A DNA stretch of 64,000 nt. Origin: Eledone cirrhosa (taxonomy: Eukaryota). Below the pieces are notes generated by a model. It ran no database searches. It saw nothing but the letters and a program-made list of their open reading frames with translations, and had not been told where the DNA came from. Positions 41,982 to 54,231 of this stretch are shown here, one piece after another. Location: positions 122,884,001 to 122,948,000 of the forward strand of contig OZ024742.1 of the NCBI GenBank assembly GCA_964016885.1, in the 5' to 3' direction. Numbering within the stretch: the stretch's first letter is position 1; each line of letters starts with the position of its first letter. Both the position numbers and the translations under genes were made by a program.

Positions 41982-42146
41982 AAGAAAGTGTGGTGAGGAA
42001 CCAGGTGGACCATGACGCACCAGAGTACTCGATAGTTGGGGTAATAGAGTGGGTAATATGAAAAGAGTCAGGACCGCGACGGCTGAGGTAGATCTTGCTG
42101 TCGAAACAGCCGGAGCTCAGCCGTCGGGGTCCTGCCTCTTTTCCAC
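41981..42146 (+). mobile_element. internally deleted copy of the 2048-2398 repeat
   Basis: GTGTGGT..CCAGGTGGACCAT..GGTAATATG..GACGGCTGAG / CTCAGCCGTCGGGGTCCTG. Confidence 0.65.
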
Positions 42147-42212
42147 TATATATATAGAGAGAGAGTAGAACGTCTGTTTACAACCTAAGATCTCCGAACA
42201 GCTCTCTCGCTC

Positions 42213-42287
<75 letters not shown>

Positions 42288-43658
42288 TTATAGACATATA
42301 TATGCAAATGCGTGCGTGTATATGTGTTTGTGTTTGTCTGTTAACCTACTTGATTCCAATCAAGGTATATGTTAGTAACATGGGCGTTCTATTGTGTGAT
42401 TGAAATATATTGTAACCAGAATAATTCCCGAATGACTTGTAAGGACACCGTATTCTCATACGGTGTTTCTTTGGCATTTTAGACCTGGCGGAACCCATCT
42501 CCTCTCCAGTTATGACTACAGCAGATTTCTTCCATATAATGGGAGAAGGAGTGAATGAATGGGAGTGAGAAAGATATAAAGGGGAAGAATCAGCCCCAGT
42601 TCTTGACTGGTGCTTGGTATTGAGCTCGAATGTATAAAAGGCAAAGTTGACTTCGGATGGATATGAACTCAGAGAGCAGAGAACTGGAACAAATACAGCA
42701 AGGCATTCTATCCGCCGTTGCTAGATCAATGACGTTATTCAAATGTGTCCTCTTTTTTCAACAATACGATGCCATTTGAGGGATATTTGTCAGTTACTTC
42801 TAGCAAGATAAGCAATTATATAGAGATCGTTAGATCGTTTGCAATCTTTATGTATTTAGATATAGTCGACTGACATTTCAGTGTTTTGGCAATGGTCCTT
42901 TTCAGTTTCAATGACTATAGACAAACAGACGACCACGCTTAGCGATAATCGCCAACGGAGATGTTACACACACAACCACGCACACAAAAACCTATTCAAA
43001 AAAACACACAAACGTATATAAATACTTGCATGCACTCGAACACGCACACATATTTAAACATTATGTATTAGATGTATCTGTACAAGTGTGCTAATAACTT
43101 TGTGTCGATTATATAGATACCAACACTTATACGTATCATATTTGCCCAGCAATTATAAAAACAACACACGCTCCTACAGACATGTATATAATAATAATAA
43201 TATAAAAAAATAATAAAGTAAGGAGCGCGGGACTGCGTACGGTTTATAACTTTTTATCGCACTAGTAAAATAAGTTGGATTACTTTGAATAAACAATGAA
43301 TGTTACATAATTTATCTACTAAATTTCGTGGCTGTTGATTAAATATATTTTGTTTATTTAAAAATTCACTTCTTTAAAATGTCTGAAATGTCAACACTTC
43401 CGGTTGGCGATCGCTTAAATAAATATACTAATTTTCTGTCACTAATTTTCTCCTAATGCAGTTTATATATAATATCGTATTTTTTTTATGTATCATGGAT
43501 TACGTTACTGATTACATAAGACAGTGTAACACAGTCTTCGTTCAATTTCTATGTATATTGTGAATTACGATTTTATGTGATGTATCATATTTACATGTAT
43601 ATATACTTGCGTATAATATCAATATACACACTACACATGCTAGCAGAAAACCACCCGA

Positions 43659-43700
<42 letters not shown>
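43659..43700 (+). repeat. (AAT)14 at the 3' end of Tx1 A
   Basis: Directly visible. Confidence 0.97.
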
Positions 43701-43702
<2 letters not shown>

Positions 43703-43949
43703 TTTCTTTATTAACCACAAGGGTTTACATAGAGTAGATATTAAGGACAGTAGAGGAAGATACAGGACGGTACAAATGGGTGTAAAAAACAAGAAACAGA
43801 GGATGTAATAATAGAACAATGAAAAATTTCCCCAATAGGGGGGAGACTTCCGAGGGACATTCGCGGAGAAAGCCCATTAAAAAGCGACAGTGACCCTGAC
43901 CACCAGGGCAAGTGCCCTCTCCCACTTTTACAGACACATACTCAGATTA

Positions 43950-46900
43950 GGCCCATTCACTCGGGCGATACTTGCTTCTCTCACCCATCTTTCAACAAAA
44001 TGCTGGGAAGAGAGCACTCCCTCTCTACTCTGATTTTCCTTTTCAAATGAAATTTGAAAAAGTTAATCAGGGCATCACCGAAGAGGTAAGTGCTCGTCTT
44101 CAGCCCTTTCAAACGTGTCCACCATACTATCTCTTTCGCCATGGCCACCAGACTGATAAAAACTGCCTGCCTTTCTCGGCTAAAGGAAGAGGGCGGGGAA
44201 ATCCTCACGATGGACTCAGCTGATAGCTGGATCCGTCCTACACGTGACAGCAGGTTTTCGATAAACCCACAAGTCAGCAATGCTCGGACCCTGGACGAGT
44301 GCGTGCAGGACGGTTTTGTCGCCCTGCGCGCATCTCGGACATGCCCGGCTGACGGCGCCTCCATGCCTGTAGAGTTTATCCCGAACTGGCAAAGCTCCTC
44401 GGTAGCACTGCCAGGCCAGGGATTTCTGGAAGTTGTCCACAGGCCCCGGCCCGAAAGTCCTTCCGAAGAGATTGGCTAGTTGATTTTCGTCGACGCCTAG
44501 AGTTTCTCCAAGTACTTCATCACTCTTCCCCTACACTAATCCTCTATAGAACGCCAAGGTGGAGTTTCCACCGATCACATTGCCCGATTGGTCGAGGGCT
44601 GTGAGCGCCTGAAGACATTCCAGTCTCCAAGCGCCCTCTCTCGGTCTTCGCTTGACCCAGGACTGCAGCTCCGTCAAGGAGACGAGCTGGGGAAAGACGC
44701 CTCTAGCAAACGGCGACCACACCTGATCACCGTCGAGGAAGAGGTGAAAATGTCGTAGCCTGAGCGCGTGTCTGCGCATCATCAGCCACGGCATTCCCAG
44801 CCCTCGACGTAGCGGGTGTTGACAGCAGATGGACCGCCTGACCATCGGAGCGCGTCCCTTCCACAAAAAAACGAAAGAGCAAACGCTCCAGCGCAGTCAG
44901 GCGGGGATTAGGACGAGGTGCGACGGTCAGGCGGTAGCAGATGACGGACGCGATATACGCGTTAGCCACCTCCGCTCGACCTTTCAGGGATAGCTTCCTC
45001 TCGGCTCATTTTTGGGTGAGAGAAGCCACCCTGCTTGTCACTAGCTTTTGTACGTCTGGAGATCCGAACAGAACCAGACCCCGAGCAATTTAACCGGTCC
45101 GTCCGTCCAGCGCCCGACGACGCTGTTGGACGGCATGGACCTGCCTCTCCAGGTGCCCAGCTGTAGGCCCACTTTTTTAATCCTGGTTGATCATTGCTCC
45201 TGTCACCTCTTCGTATTCTCTTAGTGTAGTGCCGATCGCCTCGATGTGTTTAGCGTTCGCCACCACTACGGTGACATCGTCCGCTATGCTGACACGGATC
45301 TTCCGCATCCTAGTTTGCGCGGGACCCCCCTCAACGTCTCCAGTTTTTGCAGTAATAGCTCGAGAGTCAATACGTACAAGAGAGACGAGAGGGGATATCC
45401 TTGGCGGACGGAGCGCATGATGTTGAACGATCCGAAAGGTGACCGTTCACTCTCACCACAGAGCAGATGTCGCTGTGCATGGCAGCGATCCAGCCTCTGA
45501 AGACGGGCCCAAATCTAGCCGCCCTCAGGACTGGCGCTAGGTAACGATGGTCGACCCTATCGAAGGATTTCGACTGATCTAAATTGATCAAGGACCCACC
45601 CGTGCCAGGTTCCCTAGCTACCCTGTCTACGATGTATCACATGAGGTGGAGGTTGTCGTGGATGGATCTGTCGGGAATGGCGCATGTCTGCGCCTCTCCC
45701 ACCAGACCACCAACGACAAGCGTCAACCTCTATTCTAGCACCTTGGCCAAAATCTTGAACTCTGTAGAGTTATGGGCCTAAAAATATCTATGTTATCCCC
45801 CTTGTTCGGATCCTTTTTCAGCAGCGCCACAGCTCCTCGGCTCACAGAGCTGAGAAATCTCCCGATCTGTAGCCAAGAGGCCTCCGAACAAGTCTGGCAT
45901 CTGTACGTAAAGTTCATATGGCAGACCATCCAAACCAGGCGATGTACCCCTTGTGCAGCCAGTCATTGCCTTCCGTACTTCAGCGGCTGTTATCGGCTTT
46001 TCGCAACACTCCGCCTCAGTGGACCAGAGCCGCGGCAATCCGTCGAGGTAGACACTAAAGTCCATCCCTCGACCCGGCCCGCGACCGCCCGAACAGTTGA
46101 GCGAAGTGTCGCTGAAAAGCTTCACACATTTGCCCAGGATCGAGTAGCATGCGCCCGTCGTGGTCCACCAAAGACCGGATCGTGGCTTTGATGCCACGAC
46201 GCGCCTCCGCCACTCGGGGCCATTGAAAGGCTTTCGTCCCCTCGTGTCTGTGAGCTCGCACCCTAGCTCTGACAACGCAGCCTTCGTGCTTTGCATTGAA
46301 GAATTGATCAAGGGCCGATTTCGCCGCAAGTACGTCGGTCGCGATGCCTTTGCTAAGGGCCTCGCGATGCGTTTGCTAAGCGCCTCGTCTAACTAATTCT
46401 CCCCTGCTCTATTTTTCTCTATTGCTAAAGCCTTACTAAACCTAATGGACTCTATTCTAATTCAACTTGTTGTTGACTATGGCCCCCGTCAACGCCCGCT
46501 TAACTAGTTCGCTAATCCGGTCTCTGTAGCCCTTGCGCGCTAGTAAGGACGCCTTTAGCTTCCAGTAGCCGGGTCCTCGTTTATGAAGCCTATATAAGTC
46601 AAGCACACAAATCACAAATTTGTGGTCCGTGTAGCTGACTATCTTGAATTATGGACAGCGTATGCTAGACCTATCTATTTCTCTAGAAAATACTCTATCT
46701 AGATATGATCTGGATGACCCTATACGATTTGTCCAAGTCCACATTGGCACATTCGGGAAATCCAATCGGTACCTGTCAGACAGTTCAAAACGCGTGAGCA
46801 GGCTGGTGAGGCTCTTGCACCCTCCTCCCCTATCCGCTTATCCCACACAGTCCCAGCGTGCCTCTAAGATCCCGTTCCAGTCGCCCACTAACACTAAAGA

Positions 46901-47298
46901 GCGGGACGTCCCAAGAAAGGACTCCAGACGCCGGAAGAAATCAGGCCGCCCTGCTCCTGTCGGGGCATAGACGGCCACTAGCCTGAAAGCTTGCCCGTCT
47001 CCGCTGGTCACGTCTAGCACCACCAACTTACCTTCTGGGTCCAGGAAGATGGCCCGTATGGCGAGTCCAAACCTCTCCGAAAAAGCACGGCAACTCCACC
47101 CCCGTTCCCGGACGGCTGGGAGATTCGTACACATCGTAGTCGCCGAAGATCGGTGCGAAGGCCCGTGCATCGGAGATTCTGGTCTCGCTGATGGCCACTA
47201 CATCTATGTTTAGTGTCCCGAGGTCGTTGAGCAGGTGGCCCTGCTTCCATGACGACCCAAAGCCACGCGCATTTATGCTGCCTATTGTGAGTGGTCAT
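43950..47298 (-). pseudogene. Tx1 A ORF2 (APE endonuclease, RT, C-terminal zinc-binding region), disrupted
   Basis: VAVYAP..LVGDWNGIL (APE); SPGLDGLPYELY; NLDQSKSFDRVDH (RT); CPRC..TVLHALVQ; a 1-bp loss disrupts the YADD codons near 45285. Confidence 0.88.
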
Positions 47299-47332
47299 GT
47301 TGAAATAGAGTGGAAAAGATGGGACGGACCAC

Positions 47333-49211
47333 TTACCTTACTTCTCGTAGAGGAAGGATGGTTTCTCCATCATTTTCACTGCTTGTGGCCTCCTCCGGAA
47401 GGATGTCCTTATAAATCCTCCTGGGGAGTGCTTGTCGGAAGTCTCCGATGTCTTTGGGGAATTTTTGTTTTAGTGTCATGTACGTTTTCTGTGTGATGCG
47501 AGTGATTTGTATGTGTGGAGGTCGTGTGAACTTTTGGGTTGTTGTGTAGTCTTTTTCTGTGATGCTGGTGTTGTGTTGGATGTAGTGTAATAATTGATTG
47601 TTGTTCAAATTTTATGCTGTGTAGTGTGTATCGTTTTGGTTGTTTTGTTTTGTTTGGGTCTGTTGAGGATTTGTTTCTGTTTCGCTTTTTGGTGACTTTT
47701 GTGGTGTTGGGTTTAATGATGGTGATGGCGTTGGTGTTTGTGGTGATGGGGTTGGGGACGCTGGTGTGGATGGTGGCATATATATTCTAACTTTTTTGAT
47801 TGATAGTTTATTTGTTTCCCTCTGTATTTTGTTTTCGGATAAGGAGGGAAGAGCATTTTTTCTTTTTTGGTTTCTTTTTTTCTTTTTTCCTGATACCGTT
47901 TCCCACTCCTCGTCGTCACAATCTGTCTCCAGTTTTGATAGGCCGGGGAGTGGAAAATCCTCCACAGGCCTTGGTTTTGGTTGGGCGTGGTGGATGCTGT
48001 AGGCACTGGTGCTTGTTCTGGCGCGTTGGGTGGTGGTGGTGTTGGTTTTGCTACTGATGCTGGTGTTGTTGCTGTTACAGTTGTTGCTGCCATCTCCGCT
48101 GCTGGTGGTGTTGATGGTTGAGTCACTGGGGTGTGTAAGAGATGTGGCCTCAACCTTTTAGCCTTAGGGCAGAAAGCCCTTAGGTGGGTTCCTTCACCAC
48201 AAACGACACACCTAGGCCTTCTGCCCACGACGATTGCGGTGAGGTGGCTGCCGTCAGTGAGGTCTATTACCTCTGGGATCTCCTCAATGCTTTTTTGGTC
48301 CGCTTGAATCAGGAGCTCCATCCCAGATCCGGACCAGTTCTCCTGCTTTTCTTTCCCTATTTCGATTATATTGGTGTTGGCTTCGATGCCGGCGAGGACG
48401 GCAGCTATTAGCCAGGGAATTTCGATGGCCGGTGGAAAGTGGGTCACCCTGATCTTCACGAGTCTCTGGCCACAATAGCTTGGGACGAGTGTGAAGTCAT
48501 CCCTTCTCAATGGGGCCATGGAGTGTTCTCTGGCCTCCTGTGGTGTTTCAAAGAACACGTCCACGGTTCCATATTTCTGCCCGCGTCTGATGTGGGTTTT
48601 TTTGCCCACACATGTCCCAAAGCATTTTGGATTTGGGACTCGGATTCCCGTCCACTCGGCGCGATTTTATGTTAATCGTCCGATAAGACACGGTGCATAG
48701 GCGCCGATGCCTCATTTTATTAGGTGTGTGTGTAGGGGGGGCTGACCCTGTACCCATCTTTCTTTACCATTTTTTTGGCTTCTTCTACTTTCTCCTGTGT
48801 TACCTGGAATGCTTCGCACTCTTTTGCTACTCTGGCAAAACTCAGGGTGGTTTTCTTAATTTCATTGTTGCTGTTGTTGTTATCGTTATTTTTGTTATTA
48901 TTAATTTCAGTTTCAGTTGTGATGGTGGTGGCGTCAGTGGTGTTCGGTATGGAAGAGTTCATTTTGGTTGAATTCATTTCGATATCACGAGTTTTTTCTT
49001 TTGTTTCTGTTGTCGCTGTGGTGGTGGTGGGTGTGGCGGCATTAACACCTGCATACATTGGTAATGGCGTGAAATGAGTGTCTGCCCGAGACAAATGAAA
49101 AATATTGCTACTGCTTATATTTTTAGTGTTGGCAAACGTAGTAATATTTACAATGGTAGTGTAGGTGTGAGGTGTTAGTTTGTGAGAAAGGTGTGACCCT
49201 GAGTCGTCCAT
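47333..49211 (-). pseudogene. Tx1 A ORF1 (RRM-like region and CCHC zinc knuckle), frameshifted
   Basis: Segments 48720-49211, 47713-48609, 47612-47965, 47333-47608; CVVCGEGTHLRAFC = C-X2-C-X4-H-X4-C. Confidence 0.85.
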
Positions 49212-49424
49212 GATTTTTCAAAGAAAAATCTTTGTTTGATAATTATAAAAGTTAAAATTTTGGGCTCAAGGCCCCAATCTGTTTGAGTGTACTTTTCAGA
49301 TAACAATGTATGTGCACTTATATACAGTTAACAATAAAATTTTCCATAAATGGCAATTTTAAACAACTGAAAATAACAAACCTCTGCGGAGCTCACGATG
49401 ATACGATTTACTACGTAGGTCGCC

Positions 49425-49475
<51 letters not shown>
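49425..49475 (+). repeat. (AAT)~17 spacer between Tx1 A and B
   Basis: Directly visible, one ACT variant unit. Confidence 0.97.
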
Positions 49476-49739
49476 GATTTCTTTATTAACCACAGGGGTT
49501 TACATAAAGTAGACATTAAGGACAGTGCAGGACAATGCAGGACGGTACAAATGGGCATTTCTGCGTGTAAAAAACAAAAACAGAGGATGTAACAAAAAAT
49601 AACAATGAAAAATTCCCCAATAGGGCGGAGACTTCGGAGGGACATTTGTGGAGAAAGCCCAGTAAAAAGCCACAATGACCCTGACCACCAAGGCAAGTGC
49701 CCTCTCCCAGTTTTCCACCTTTAATTTACAGATATATAC

Positions 49740-51715
49740 TCATAGTAGGCCCATTCACTCGGGCCATTCTTGCTTCTCTCACCCATCTTTCAACAAAATG
49801 CTGGGAAGAGAGCACTTCCCTCTCTACTCTGATTTTCCTTTTCAAATGAAATTTGAAAAAGTCAATCAGAGCATCACCGAAGAGCTAAGTGCTCGTCTTC
49901 AGCCCTTTCAAACGTTTCCACCATACTATCTCTTTCGCCATGGCCACCAGACAGATAAAAACTGCCTGCCCTTCCCGGCTAAAGGAGGAGGGCGGGGCAA
50001 TCTTTACGATGGACTCAGATGATAGCCGGATCCGTCCTAAACGCGACAGCAGGTGTTCGACATAAACCCACAAGTCAGCAATTTTCGGACACTGGACGAG
50101 TGCGTGCCGGACGGTTTCGTCGCCCTGCGCGCATCTCGGATATGCCCGGCTGACGGCACCTCCATGCCTGTAGAGTTTATCCCGAACTGACAAGGCTCCT
50201 CGGTAGCACTGCCAGGCCAGATATTTCTGGAAGTTGTCCATAGGCCCTGGCCCGAAAGTTCTTCCGAAGAGATTGCCTAGTTGATTTTTGTCCACGCCTA
50301 GAGTTTCCCCAAGTACGTCGTCGCTCTTCCCCTCCACTAATCCTCTATAGAACGCCGAGGTGGAGTTTCCACCGATCGCATTGCCCGATTGGTCGAGGGC
50401 TGTGAGCGCCTGAAGACATTCCAGTCTCCAGGCGCTCCCTCTCGGTCTTCGCTTGACCCAGGACTGCAGCTCCGTCAAGGAAACGAGCTGGGGAAATACG
50501 TGTCTAGCAAACGGCGACCACACCTGATCACCGTCGAGGAAGAGGTGGAGATGTCGTAGCCTGAGCGCGTGCCTGCGCATCATCAGCTACGGCATGCCCA
50601 GCCCTCCACGTAGCGGGTGTTGACAACAGATGGACCGCCTGAACATCGGAGCGCGTCCCTTCCACAAAAAGCGAAAGAGCAAACGCTCCAGCGCAGTCAG
50701 GCGAGGCTTAGGACAAGGTACGACGGTCAGGCGGTAGCAGATGACAGACGCGACGTACGCGTTAGCCACCTCCGCTCGACCTTTCAGGAATAGCTTCCTC
50801 TCCGCCCATTTCTGGGTGAGAGAAGCCACCCTGCTCGTCACCTCGTCACAGTTTTTGGCCGTCTGGAGGTCCGGACCGAACCAGACCCCTAGCAATTTAA
50901 ACGGTCCGTCGGACCTGCCTCTCCAGGTGCCGAGCTGCAGGCCCACTGACTTTTCCTGGTTGATCATTGCTCCTGACACCGCTTCGTATTCTCTTAGTGT
51001 AGTGCCGATCGCCTCGATGTGTTTGGCGCTCGACACCACTACGGTGACATCGTCCGCATATGCTGACACGGATCTTCCCTTCCTAGTTCGCGCGGGACTC
51101 CCCTCAACGTCTCCAATTTTTGCAGTAATGGCTCGAGAGTCAATACGTACAAGAGGGACGAGAGGGGACATCCTTGGCGGACCGAGCGCATGATGTTGAA
51201 CGGTTCCGACAGGTGACCGTTCACTCTCACCACAGAGCAGATGTCGCTGTGCATGGCAGCGATCCAGCCTCTGAAGACGGGCCCAAAGCCAGCCGCCCTC
51301 AGGACGGCCGCTAGGTAACGATGGTCGACTCTATCGAAAGCTTTCGACTGATCTAAATTGATCAAGGACCCACCCGTGCCAGGTTCCTTAGCTACCCTCT
51401 CTATGATGTATCCCATGAGGTGGAGGTTGTCGTGGATGGATCTGTCGGGAATGGCGCATGTCTGCGCCTCTCCCACCAGACCACCAACGACAAGCGCCAA
51501 CCTCTTTGCTAGCACCTTGGCCAAAATCTTGAACTCTGTGTTTAGCAGAGTTATGGGCCGGAAATTATCTATGTTATCCCCCTTGTTCGGATCATTTCAC
51601 AGCAGTGCCACCGCTCCACGGCTTACAGAACTGGGAATTCTCCCGTTCTGTTGCCAGTTGCAGTAGACGTCCGCCAAGAGGCCTCCGAACAAGTCTGGCA
51701 TCTGTACGTAAAGCT
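49740..51715 (-). pseudogene. Tx1 B ORF2 3' part (RT), disrupted
   Basis: NLDQSKAFDRVDH, SVRQGCPLS, SAYADDVTV. Confidence 0.9.
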
Positions 51716-53707
51716 GGTCGTCGGCTCTTCTAAGAGAATGTCTGAATATACTCTTCGATTGATGGTTCCTCCTAGGTCCCTGAAATCACCAACTGCGTTG
51801 GGGAATTTCGTTTTAATGTTTGTGTATTGTTTCTGTGCTATTTTTAGCAGTCTTATGTTAGTTGGCGTTTTGAGTGGTGCTGGTATTATGTAGTCCTGTT
51901 GTGAAATGTCTGTGTGTTGAATTATGTAAGTCATTAGTTTCTTGTTGTGTGTATTTATTGCCGTGCATTTGTTTTTCTGGGGGTGGGGTGTGGTTCTGCT
52001 ATTTTCTTGTCGTTGTTGCTGGGTGTGTGTGTTTTTTTGTTGTGTTTGCGATGTTGGTGCTTGTGGTGGTGGTGTTGAAGGTGTTGTTGGCGGTGGGGTT
52101 GTCGCCGGTGGTGATGGTGATGCTAGTGTGGGTGGTAATGGTGTTGGTGGTGTTGCTGCTGTGGGTCTCTTTGCAGTAGACTTTACCCTTTTCTCATTTC
52201 TTTCCTCCCTTTTCAAAGGCGACGATGCGCTGCTTCTGCGTTTGTGCCTTCTTACGACCTTTTGCCATCCCTCTCCCACCTCACACTCCATGTCTGATTC
52301 TGTGAGGTCGGGGAGGGGTACCAGCTCCACTCTTTCACTTGTTGTTGTTGGTGATGTTTGCACTGAAGTCTCTGTTGCAGCTGCATTTGGTATTGCTGTT
52401 GTTGTTGTTAATATTTCCACTGCTGCTGCTGTTTTTGATTTCCGTGGCGTGGGTATGGGTGCCACGGACCTATCGTTCCTGGTTGCCGCTTGTCCTGTTG
52501 CTGGTAGCCGTGGAGCCGGATTCGGAAGGAGGGGGGTTTTCTCCTTCCTCAGGGTCTTCTCGTTGCAGAAGGCCCTGAGGTGAGTCTTCGATCCACAGCG
52601 AAAGCATTTCGGGCGTTTGCCCTCAACACTTATGGGCAGTTGAGTGCCGTTATCGAAGTCTATCACATCCGGGATAGCTTCGATGCACTCCTGGTTGGTT
52701 TGGATTAGCATCTCAATGGAGGTGCCGACCCAATCTTCTCTTACTTTTTTCTGTACTTGCAGTACAGTTGTTTTGTCCTCGATTCCGACGAGGACAGACG
52801 CGGCCAGTCAAGAAGGGGCCATTCCGGGGGGGGGGGGGACGTGGGTCAGTTTGACCCTCACAATTTTTTGCCCGCAGAAGGAGGGCACCAACACCATTTC
52901 CTCGCTCCTTAGGGTCACTACGGATTGGGCCTTTGCCTCCTGGGGTGTGGCAAAAAGTACGTCTACGGTGGCATATTTTTTGCCTCGGGTGATGTGCGTT
53001 TTCCGCTGCCACACAGACCCCAAGGCTTTTTGTATTTGGGCCTCTGTGGCTCTTTCCACCCTACGGGATTTTGTACTTACTGTACGGTACGTGACCGTAC
53101 AGTGCTCTTGGGTTTCGAAAAATTTTTCCGCTGCCTTGCAGATTGCTCGGTGTCCATTTTTTGTCACCATCTTCTTCGCTTCCTCTAATTCCTCATTTGT
53201 TATGAGGATTGTTTCCAAGTTTTTCGCAATACCTGCAAATGAGATTGGTTTTTCTTTGCTGCTGTTGTTGTTGTTGTCGTCAGAGCTGCTGTTACTTTTG
53301 TTGTTGCTGCAGGTACTACGACTACTGCCTTCGCCGCTGTTGCTGTGGTTGTTGTTGGTGTTGCTGCTGCTAATGCTGTTGTTGTTTATGCTGCTGGTGA
53401 TGCTGTTGCGGCTGCTACTATTGTTTTCATTGTCACTGATGCTGTTGTTATTACGGCTGCTACTGCTATTATTCCTGACGTCAGACGAATGAACTGGGTT
53501 TTCGTATTTCCCGCACACCTGTTTCGTCGCTGTCGTCTTCGTCGTGGAGAAACCTTGCACGCTTTGCACGAGACTTTTCTTTTCTTTCGTCGCTTGCGAA
53601 AGAGAAGGGAGGGAGAGAGACAATCTTCTCTCTGCTGTAGTGATGATTGAGGAAGAAGAAGACGGAATGAGTGGGAGTGACCTATGCAAATTCTTTTTCG
53701 TAGCCAT
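51716..53707 (-). pseudogene. Tx1 B ORF1, one frameshift at or near a poly-C run
   Basis: ORFs 52808-53743 (MATKKNL..) and 51623-52711; CFRCGSKTHLRAFC knuckle. Confidence 0.85.
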
Positions 53708-53923
53708 GTTGACTTTTTTGTTTAAAATAAATATTGGGTACAAAACCCCAATAAGCAGTTATTTAACCCCGAAGGGCCAAATAACGGGCAGAAAGACCCC
53801 TCTCACGAAGAGGAGGGTGTTTTTGTCTACAAGTTGGACTAAGTTTTAAACAATTTACAATTGTTAAAGCGTTCAAAATGTACAGTACCTTACAGAGCCG
53901 AGCCTCAGTCAACCATAGCATTC

Positions 53924-53956
<33 letters not shown>
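53924..53956 (+). repeat. (AAT)11 spacer between Tx1 B and C
   Basis: Directly visible. Confidence 0.97.
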
Positions 53957-53958
<2 letters not shown>

Positions 53959-54231
53959 TTTCATTTATTGGCCACAAGAGCCGACATATAGGGGACAATA
54001 CAAAAGACTGGGACAGTGGGGTTTTACAGAAAAATCGAGTAAACAATATGAATAACAATAACAAAGTAACAATAACAAAGTAACAATAAAGTAACAAGAA
54101 AATTACAAGAAGAATTCGCCAATAGGGGGGATGACCTCCAGGGTTCGCTCAGGTACCCCAACAATCCTGAATGACCCGACGCTTCGAGAGCACCCTGGAA
54201 GGGCACCCCTCTCCTCCTCAAATTTACCTAC

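Larger units (their letters stand above)
43701..49424 (-). mobile_element. Tx1-clade LINE element A, full length (~5.7 kb), frameshifted
   Basis: ORF1 with CCHC knuckle, then APE-RT-CCHC ORF2; 3' AATAAAGAAATC(ATT)n; both ends abut (AAT)n. Confidence 0.9.
49476..53923 (-). mobile_element. Tx1-clade LINE element B (~4.4 kb), lacking the endonuclease region
   Basis: ORF1 joins directly to mid-ORF2 at ~51715; 3' half very similar to A; both ends abut (AAT)n. Confidence 0.9.

Noticed and set aside
51700-51730. Element B deletion as a splicing product
   Set aside because: The junction is ~45 nt upstream of where the donor lies in A and shows AGC microhomology instead
51874-53650. Long plus-strand ORFs, e.g. 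52644-53492 (282 aa) and 51942-52583
   Set aside because: Antisense to Tx1 ORF1; open because of low-complexity triplet composition; no motif conserved across A, B and C
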